A stretch of DNA of 64,000 nucleotides from assembly GCF_023264855.1 (NCBI RefSeq), contig NZ_JAHFUW010000020.1:538-64537 (forward strand), written 5' to 3'. Under the pieces are notes generated by a model that saw only the letters and a program-made list of their open reading frames with translations, made no database searches and was not told where the DNA came from. Source of the stretch: Herbiconiux sp. (GTDB lineage: Bacteria; Actinomycetota; Actinomycetes; Actinomycetales; Microbacteriaceae). Shown here one piece after another: positions 57,525 to 64,000 of the stretch. Position 1 is the first letter of the stretch. The number at the start of each line of letters is the position of its first letter. Both the position numbers and the translations under genes were made by a program.

Positions 57525-58357
57525 GGGCGCACGCTCGTGGCGGTGGCGGCCTGGCCGGAGACGTTCTCAGGGGCATCCGGAGCGTCGGTCTCGGAGGTCG
57601 TCGCGCTCGCGAACGCCTCCGACCCCGCACCGAGGTCGAGCAGCTTGTCGAGCCCCACCGTCACGCCGCGCGCCGTCGCCGCGGCCGCCAGCGCCACCCG
57701 GATGCCCGCCGCGTAGGCGCTGGGCGAGATCGTCTCGTGCGTGATGGTGAGAACCTCGCCCACGCCGCCGAAGACCACGTCCTGCTTCGCCACGATGCCG
57801 TTCAGCCGCAGACTGTGCACCGGGATGCTCGCCACCTGCTGGCCGCGGGCACGCTGGTCGGAGTGCGGCGCCGACACCGGACCGAGCGCGGCGCGGGCGG
57901 CCTGCATCAGCTCGGCGGTGCGCACGGCCGTGCCCGAGGGCGAGTCGACCTTCGTGGCGGCGTGCGCCTCGATCACCTCGATGGAGTCGTAGAACCGTGC
58001 CGCCATCGCGGCGAACGAGGTGGCCAGCACCGAGCCGAGCGAGAAGTTGGGCACGATCACCACGCCGGTCGACGGATGCTCGCCCAGGCTCCGCGTGAGC
58101 GTCACGATCCGTTCGGCCGACCAGCCCGAGGTGCCGATCAGCACGTTCTTGCCGTTCGCCACGGCGAACCCGACGACCTTCGGACTGACGCCGGGCACGG
58201 TGACATCGACCACGAGGTCGGCCGTGAGCATGTCGGCGAGGTCACTGCGCGAATCGAGCGAGGCGACGAGGTCGTACTCGTCCGACTCCTCGAGGATGCC
58301 CGCGAACAGCCGCCCCATCTTTCCTGTCGCACCGACGATGGCAACCTTCGTAGTCAT
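57521..58357 (-). CDS. dapB: 4-hydroxy-tetrahydrodipicolinate reductase
   Basis: 278 aa. Contains VAIVGATGKMG and EAHAATKVDSPSGTA. Has a ~35-aa low-complexity C-terminal extension. Confidence 0.95.
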   Translation of the reverse strand: MTTKVAIVGATGKMGRLFAGILEESDEYDLVASLDSRSDLADMLTADLVVDVTVPGVSPKVVGFAVANGKNVLIGTSGWSAERIVTLTRSLGEHPSTGVVIVPNFSLGSVLATSFAAMAARFYDSIEVIEAHAATKVDSPSGTAVRTAELMQAARAALGPVSAPHSDQRARGQQVASIPVHSLRLNGIVAKQDVVFGGVGEVLTITHETISPSAYAAGIRVALAAAATARGVTVGLDKLLDLGAGSEAFASATTSETDAPDAPENVSGQAATATSVRP

Positions 58358-58428
58358 GAGTCCAATCTACCCGGCGCGACGTGTCCGCCCGGCGGTGCCG
58401 GCGCAGCGCGCCTGTCTAGGCTGGAGGT

Positions 58429-58902
58429 ATGCGCATCCGGCCCGGCGACGTCACCTCCCCCGAGGTGCACGACCTGCTCAGCACGTATTTCGCGTTCCGG
58501 GCCGAGGCCTTCCCCGAGAACGATCGCGACTACGCCGTGACCTTCCCCGACCCGGCGAGCTTCACGGGCACGGCCGGGGTCTTCCTGGTCGTCGAAGACG
58601 ACGAGGGCCGGGCGGTGGGCTGCGGTGGCATCCGGATGCTCGCCACCCCCTCCGAGGGAACCGTCCGCTACGAGGTCAAGAACGTCTGGCTCGATCCCTC
58701 GACCCGAGGTCGAGGCTGGGCCGGCGACCTGATGGCCGACCTGGAGTCCCGCGCCCGCGCCTTCGGCGCAACCGAGCTCGTTCTCGACACCCACGACAGC
58801 CTCACGGCCGCCGCCCGCCTCTACGCCCGCCTCGGCTTCGAGCCGACACTCCCCTACAACGACAACCCCAACGCCACCCGCTGGTACCGCAAAGACCTGT
58901 GA
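58429..58902 (+). CDS. GNAT family N-acetyltransferase
   Basis: 157 aa. Motif A-like RGRGWAGDLM. GGAGG lies upstream. Confidence 0.85.
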   Translation: MRIRPGDVTSPEVHDLLSTYFAFRAEAFPENDRDYAVTFPDPASFTGTAGVFLVVEDDEGRAVGCGGIRMLATPSEGTVRYEVKNVWLDPSTRGRGWAGDLMADLESRARAFGATELVLDTHDSLTAAARLYARLGFEPTLPYNDNPNATRWYRKDL

Positions 58903-58942
58903 CCGCGCGGCAGGCGCCGCAGGGGCGGCGGCGCCGAATAGG

Positions 58943-59545
58943 TCAGTAGGGCTGCGGGTCGTTCACACCGGTGCGGAGCTCTACCGGGAGGTGTCCGAGG
59001 TCGTTGTGGGCGACGAGTTCGGGCAGGCGGCCGGCCTTGTAGCGGATGATCGTGAGTCCGCAGTGGGCCTGGTTGATGCCCGCCCAGCGCCACTCGGGCG
59101 CGCTCACCGCCTCACGCACGAACCAGGCGATCACGAAGTTGTGCGTGATGAGCAGGTCGTGCGTGGTGTCGCGGGCCGGGGTGAGGAACTCGGCCACGGC
59201 ATCCGACATCTGTGCCTGGCCCGCTTCGAGCTCGGCCTCGGAGACGGAGTTGAAGTAGGCCTCGAAGGTGTGCGGCATCTGCGGCGAATACCCGGTGGGC
59301 ACGCAATCGAACAGCAGCGCGCTCGGCTGCGGGTCGAGGGCCGGCAGATGCTCCGACATGATCTTGGCGGTCTGTTCGGCGCGCTGGAGGGGCGAGTGCC
59401 ACACGTTGTCGAACGGCACACCGCCGAGCCGGTCGGCGATCAGTCGCGCCTGACGCTGGCCGCGCGGTGAGAGCGGGCCGTCGTCGACACCGTGTTCGGC
59501 GTCGAGCTGCTCGCCGTGACGAACGAGGTAGAGGGTGTGGGCCAT
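58943..59545 (-). CDS. histidine phosphatase family protein
   Basis: 200 aa. Starts LYLVRHGE (RHG motif). Its start overlaps the M16 peptidase stop by 1 nt. Confidence 0.85.
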   Translation of the reverse strand: MAHTLYLVRHGEQLDAEHGVDDGPLSPRGQRQARLIADRLGGVPFDNVWHSPLQRAEQTAKIMSEHLPALDPQPSALLFDCVPTGYSPQMPHTFEAYFNSVSEAELEAGQAQMSDAVAEFLTPARDTTHDLLITHNFVIAWFVREAVSAPEWRWAGINQAHCGLTIIRYKAGRLPELVAHNDLGHLPVELRTGVNDPQPY

Positions 59546-60918
59546 CAGGTGCCCACCACTTCGAGAAAGGCGTCGTCGGCGAGCGGGCCGACGGCCGCGA
59601 TGCTCACGGGGCCTTCGAGGAGTTCGCGGGCGAGCTCCTGCACGTCGTCGCGGGTGACCGCCATCAGGCGCCGCACGCTCTCGTCGAGGTCGATGAACTC
59701 GCCCAGGGTGAGCTCGGCGCGGCCGAGCCGCGACATCCGGGTGTCGCTGTCCTCCAGGGCGAGGGCGGCAGAGCCGGAGAGCTGGCCGTGCGCGCGCGTC
59801 AGCTCCTCGGGGGTGATGCCGTCGTCGGCGAGTCGGCGCAGTTCGGAGAGCATGAGGTCGGTGACGGCTCCCTCGCGCCCCGGCGTGCAGCCCGCGTACA
59901 TGGCGAAGATGCCGGCATCCGAGTAACTGGGAGCGAAGGAGTACACCGAATATGCGAGCCCGCGCTTCTCGCGCACCTCCTGGAACAGGCGCGACGACAT
60001 GCCGCCGCCGAACACCGAGTTGAGCACGCCCATGGTGGTGCGACGGTCGTCGGAGGCCACGATGCCGGGCATGCCCACCATGATGCTGGCCTGCTCGGTG
60101 GGCTTCTCGGTGATCGAGACCGGGCGGCCGGCGGCCAGCACCGACGATCCGTCGAGAGCGACGGCAGGGCGGCGTGAACGCGGGGTGGCGGGCAGGTCGA
60201 GATCCCAGGTGGAGGCCGAGAGCGCCGCGGTGACCTGCTGCACGATCACGTCGTGGTCGACGGCGCCGGCGGCGGTCACCACGAGGTCGTTGGGGCGATA
60301 GGAGGCCAGGTAGTGCTCCCAGACGGCATCGCGGGTGACGGCGCGGATCGCGTCGGGCGTGCCTCCCACGGGACGGCCGAGCGGATGCGCCCCCAGCACG
60401 GCCTCGAACAGGCGCTCCCCCACGACGTCGCCCGGGTCGTCTTCGGCCATCGCCAGCTCTTCGAGGATGACGCCGCGTTCGGTCTCGAACTCATCGCGGT
60501 CGAGCACCGAGGAGGTGAGCATGTCGCAGAGCACGTCGACCGCCATGGGCAGGTCGGCGTCGCGCACCTTCGCGTAGTAGCAGGTGTACTCCTTGCTGGT
60601 GACGGCGTTGTGCTCACCGCCGACGGAGTCGAACGAGATCGCGATGTCCAGCGCCGAGCGCGTGGGCGTGCCCTTGAACAGCAGGTGCTCGAGGAAGTGG
60701 GTGGAGCCGTACCGCGACGGCATCCCGTCGACCGCGCCGAGCTCGTCGCGCGATCCGGCAGCCACCCAGTAGCCGATGGTCGCACTGCGCGAGCCGGGGA
60801 TGTGCTCGGTGAGGATGCGGACACCACTCGGGAGGATCGTTCGACGCACCAGACCCTCGGCGACAGTGCCGATGGACAGCTCAGGAAGATCGAGAGGAAG
60901 TGCGACGGCGCCGTTCAT
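59545..60918 (-). CDS. M16 family (pitrilysin-like) zinc peptidase
   Basis: Internal ATG at 60918. Inverted zincin motif HFLEH, with a downstream E. Confidence 0.9.
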   Translation of the reverse strand: MNGAVALPLDLPELSIGTVAEGLVRRTILPSGVRILTEHIPGSRSATIGYWVAAGSRDELGAVDGMPSRYGSTHFLEHLLFKGTPTRSALDIAISFDSVGGEHNAVTSKEYTCYYAKVRDADLPMAVDVLCDMLTSSVLDRDEFETERGVILEELAMAEDDPGDVVGERLFEAVLGAHPLGRPVGGTPDAIRAVTRDAVWEHYLASYRPNDLVVTAAGAVDHDVIVQQVTAALSASTWDLDLPATPRSRRPAVALDGSSVLAAGRPVSITEKPTEQASIMVGMPGIVASDDRRTTMGVLNSVFGGGMSSRLFQEVREKRGLAYSVYSFAPSYSDAGIFAMYAGCTPGREGAVTDLMLSELRRLADDGITPEELTRAHGQLSGSAALALEDSDTRMSRLGRAELTLGEFIDLDESVRRLMAVTRDDVQELARELLEGPVSIAAVGPLADDAFLEVVGT

Positions 60919-60960
60919 TTGATCCACCCTAGCGCGGTCGCCGCCGCCCTCCCTGGGCAT

Positions 60961-61749
60961 TCACCTCCGCGCGCCGCCACAGACCTCCCACCCGTCGGGC
61001 CAGCGCAGAGCCGGGGGCGGCCACGCACTGTCCTCGCGTCCGTCGACGTCACCCTCAGCCGGATCGCACACCACGAGATAGCCCGGACGCACCCAGAAAT
61101 GGTCGGTCACCCGGGCCGCTTCGACGAACGGTTGCCAGCCCTCGAGCCCGGGCACACCGAGTTCGGCCAGGATTCCGGCCCACCGCGAGTCGCACAGTCG
61201 GCTCACCGAGAAGACGTCCCGGTAGCCGTACCAGTCATCGGGCAGATCATTCTCGAGACCATCCATGATCGCCTCGTCCCACTGCAGGAAGTCTTGGTGG
61301 AACGTGGTGACGTAGCACTCCTCGGCCGCCTCTCGTCCGAGCGATTCCTCGACCGCTGCGTAGACCGCGCTCCAGAGTCGGTCTTCGGCGAGGTTCTCCC
61401 GGCCTCGAGGCAAGGCATGACGGACGAGCGGAATGCTCGCCGTCATCTGGCGATGGAGGTCTTCCACCAGCCCGGCCGGTGCCGCGGCCTCCGCGCCGAG
61501 GTCTGCCGGAGCCCGAGACACCCCCAGGGAGTCATTGTGGAACAGCGGAACGAGTCCGGCGGCGAACGCTCCGGCCAAAGGCGAAGACACGAACACCACG
61601 TGGTCGGGATCACCCGCGTACAGCGCGCGATAGACGGCCAGCATGGCCGCGCGCGTCTCCGCGCGATCCCGCCGACGGACCCCCAAACCCCGGGCGAACG
61701 AGGTGCGCAGTCGCTCGCACAGTTCATCCACCGACACGGATATCGACAT
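60961..61749 (-). CDS. hypothetical protein (possibly DUF6745-like; recollection only)
   Basis: 262 aa with natural composition. Contains VVFVSSPLAGAFAAGL and a C-terminal HFWVRPGYLVVCDP...LRWPDGWEV. No catalytic motif recognised. Confidence 0.55.
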   Translation of the reverse strand: MSISVSVDELCERLRTSFARGLGVRRRDRAETRAAMLAVYRALYAGDPDHVVFVSSPLAGAFAAGLVPLFHNDSLGVSRAPADLGAEAAAPAGLVEDLHRQMTASIPLVRHALPRGRENLAEDRLWSAVYAAVEESLGREAAEECYVTTFHQDFLQWDEAIMDGLENDLPDDWYGYRDVFSVSRLCDSRWAGILAELGVPGLEGWQPFVEAARVTDHFWVRPGYLVVCDPAEGDVDGREDSAWPPPALRWPDGWEVCGGARR

Positions 61750-61788
61750 ATCCTCATTCTACCGGTCTACGGGTGGTGCAGACAACGA

Positions 61789-61818
61789 ATGCCCGCCCCG
61801 ACGAATCGGGACGGGCAT
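61789..61818 (-). terminator. hairpin downstream of pnp
   Basis: ATGCCCG(C/T)CCCGA-loop-TCGGG(A)CGGGCAT. On the minus strand it is followed by TCGTTGTC, a weak U-tract. Confidence 0.5.
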
Positions 61819-61837
61819 CCGGAGTGGTGCGGGATGG

Positions 61838-64000
61838 CTAGCCTTCGGCGGGAGCCTCGGGGCCCTCGCTGTGAGCGGCGGAACCCTCGGTGTCGGCGGC
61901 TTCGGCGAGCACCGGAGCGAGCGACAGCTTTCCGCGGTCGTCGATCTTGGTGATCTCGACCAGGATCTTCTGGCCGACGCCGAGCACGTCTTCGACGTTC
62001 TCGACGCGCTTGCCACCGGCGAGCTTGCGTACCTCGGAGATGTGCAGCAGGCCGTCCTTGCCCGGGAGCAGCGAGACGAACGCGCCGAACGTGGCGAGCT
62101 TGACGACGGTTCCGAGGAACTGCTCGCCGATCTCGGGGTTCTGCGGGTTCGCGATCGCGTTGACCTGCTGGCGGGCGGCTTCGGCCGAGGGACCGTCGAC
62201 GGCGCCGATGTACACGGTGCCGTCTTCCTCGATCGAGATGTCGGCGCCGGTCTCGTCCTGGATGGCGTTGATCGTCTTGCCCTTGGGGCCGATCAGCTCG
62301 CCGATCTTGTCGACGGGGATGTTGACCGAGATCACGCGGGGCGCGGTCGGGGCCATCTCGTCCGGAGCGTCGATCGCCGAGTTGAGCACGGAGAGGATCG
62401 CGTCGCGCGCGGCCTTCGCCTGCTTCAGGGCGCCGTCCAGCACCGACGTCGGGATGCCGTCGAGCTTGGTGTCGAGCTGGATCGCGGTGATGAACTCGCT
62501 CGTTCCGGCCACCTTGAAGTCCATGTCGCCCAGAGCGTCTTCGGCGCCGAGGATGTCGGTGAGAGCCGCGTAACGGGTCTCGCCGTCGACCTCGTCGGAC
62601 ACCAGGCCCATGGCGATACCGGCGACCGGGGCGCGCAGCGGCACACCGGCGTTCAGCAGCGACAGGGTCGAGGCGCAGACGGAGCCCATCGAGGTGGATC
62701 CGTTGGACCCGAGGGCCTCGGACACCTGACGGATGGCGTAGGGGAACTCCTCGCGGCTCGGCAGCACCGGCACGAGGGCGCGCTCGGCCAGGAAGCCGTG
62801 CCCGATCTCGCGACGCTTCGGCGAACCCACGCGGCCGGTCTCACCGGTCGAGTAGGGCGGGAAGTTGTAGTGGTGCAGGTAGCGCTTCTTCGTGATGGGC
62901 GAGAGCGAGTCGATCTGCTGCTCCATCTTGAGCATGTTCAGCGTGGTGACGCCCAGGATCTGGGTCTCACCGCGCTGGAAGATGGCCGAACCGTGAACGC
63001 GGGGGATGACCGCGACCTCGGCGTCCAGCGGACGGATGTCGGCCAGCCCACGACCGTCGATGCGCACGCCGTCCTTCAGGATGCGGCCGCGGACGACCAC
63101 CTTGGTGACGGACTTGTACGCGGCGGAGAACTGCGCGAGCACCTCGGCGTCGAGCGATCCGGCCTCGACCTTGGCGGCGACCTCGGCCTTGACGCGGTCT
63201 TTCAGTGCGTCGTCGGCATCCTGGCGCTCGATCTTGTCGGCGATCTGGTAGATCGCGACGAGCTCGTCGTAGGCCAGCTCGGCCACGGCGTCGTACGACG
63301 CCTTGCTGTAGGGCAGGAACACGGGGTACTCGCGCACCGCCTTGTTCGCCTGCTGGGCCATCGAGGCCTGCGCCTCGACGAGCTGCTTGATGAACGGCTT
63401 CGAGGCCTCGAGGCCCTCGGCCACGACGGTCTCGTTCGGCTTGGTGGCACCGGCCTTGATCAGGTTCCAGGAACCCTCGGTGGCTTCCGCCTCGACCATC
63501 ATGATCGCCACGTCCTGCGAACCGTCGGCAGCGGTGACGACGCGACCGGCGACGACGATGTCGAAGACGGCCTCCTCGAGCTGCGAGGCCTTCGGGAAGG
63601 CGATCCACTGGTCCTTCTCCGTGCCGTAGCCGGGCATGAGCGCGAGGCGCACCGCACCGATCGGGCCCGAGAAGGGGATGCCGGAGATCTGCGACGAGGC
63701 CGAGGCCGCGTTGATCGCGAGCGAGTCGTAGAACTCGTCGGGAGCGATCGACAGAACGGTGATGACGACCTGCACCTCGTTGCGGAGGCCGGTGACGAAC
63801 GACGGGCGCAGCGGCCGGTCGATCAGACGGCAGACCAGGATGGCCTCGGTCGAGGGGCGTCCCTCGCGGCGGAAGAACGAGCCGGGGATCTTGCCGGCGG
63901 CGTAGGAACGCTCTTCGACGTCGATCGTCAGCGGGAAGAAGTCGAAGTTGTCTTTCGGGTGCTTCGAGACGCTCGTGGCGCTCAGCAGCATGGTGTCTTC
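61838..64000 (-). CDS. pnp: polyribonucleotide nucleotidyltransferase (PNPase), 5' end outside the window
   Basis: Contains FFRREGRPS, two RNase PH domains, KH (IGPKGKTIN) and S1 ([19 protein letters not shown]). The reading frame stays open to the window edge. Confidence 0.95.
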   Translation of the reverse strand, partial: EDTMLLSATSVSKHPKDNFDFFPLTIDVEERSYAAGKIPGSFFRREGRPSTEAILVCRLIDRPLRPSFVTGLRNEVQVVITVLSIAPDEFYDSLAINAASASSQISGIPFSGPIGAVRLALMPGYGTEKDQWIAFPKASQLEEAVFDIVVAGRVVTAADGSQDVAIMMVEAEATEGSWNLIKAGATKPNETVVAEGLEASKPFIKQLVEAQASMAQQANKAVREYPVFLPYSKASYDAVAELAYDELVAIYQIADKIERQDADDALKDRVKAEVAAKVEAGSLDAEVLAQFSAAYKSVTKVVVRGRILKDGVRIDGRGLADIRPLDAEVAVIPRVHGSAIFQRGETQILGVTTLNMLKMEQQIDSLSPITKKRYLHHYNFPPYSTGETGRVGSPKRREIGHGFLAERALVPVLPSREEFPYAIRQVSEALGSNGSTSMGSVCASTLSLLNAGVPLRAPVAGIAMGLVSDEVDGETRYAALTDILGAEDALGDMDFKVAGTSEFITAIQLDTKLDGIPTSVLDGALKQAKAARDAILSVLNSAIDAPDEMAPTAPRVISVNIPVDKIGELIGPKGKTINAIQDETGADISIEEDGTVYIGAVDGPSAEAARQQVNAIANPQNPEIGEQFLGTVVKLATFGAFVSLLPGKDGLLHISEVRKLAGGKRVENVEDVLGVGQKILVEITKIDDRGKLSLAPVLAEAADTEGSAAHSEGPEAPAEG

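Overview
The window is very GC-rich with strong third-codon-position GC bias. Its gene content and order point to the chromosomal core of an actinobacterium, possibly Micrococcales or Microbacteriaceae-like; that placement is an inference from synteny, not a search result. I call about 60 protein genes, three tRNAs (Val-TAC, Met-CAT, Asn-GTT) and the RNase P RNA. Recognisable blocks:
- panB, ppgK, rnpB and a Nif3-like gene.
- A marR-osmC-SDR unit.
- ahpE next to aceE, then a PucR-type fatty-acid-synthesis regulator and fabD-fabH-acpP-fabF.
- A PadR gene, then a translationally coupled membrane-protein/MoxR/DUF58/transglutaminase operon.
- def and azlCD.
- dusB-dgt-dnaG, recO-uppS, leuA and thyX.
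- A thioredoxin/DUF4395 pair, a second osmC, dapB, an M16 peptidase and the 3' part of pnp.

I found no transposase, integrase, phage genes, CRISPR array or recognisable defence system. The many long ORFs on the opposite strand or in alternative frames are high-GC shadow ORFs.

The most unusual locus is 6.4-13.7 kb. It holds three tandem paralogous genes for secreted proteins with beta-sandwich repeats and a triple CWB2-type cell-wall anchor. The paralogs are mosaic, and one 677-bp tract of perfect identity crosses a gene boundary, which indicates ongoing gene conversion.

Other candidates:
- A Leu-codon leader peptide with mutually exclusive hairpins upstream of leuA.
- A CxxC/CxxC thioredoxin-DUF4395 membrane pair.
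- Phased direct repeats in three intergenic regions.
- Two in-gene or gene-end tandem repeats.
- A 116-119 nt dus/dgt overlap.
- An orphan ABC ATPase with an acidic tail.
- An extra hypothetical gene inserted in the conserved pnp/M16-peptidase neighbourhood.

All family assignments come from motif recognition by eye and need HMM or BLAST confirmation.
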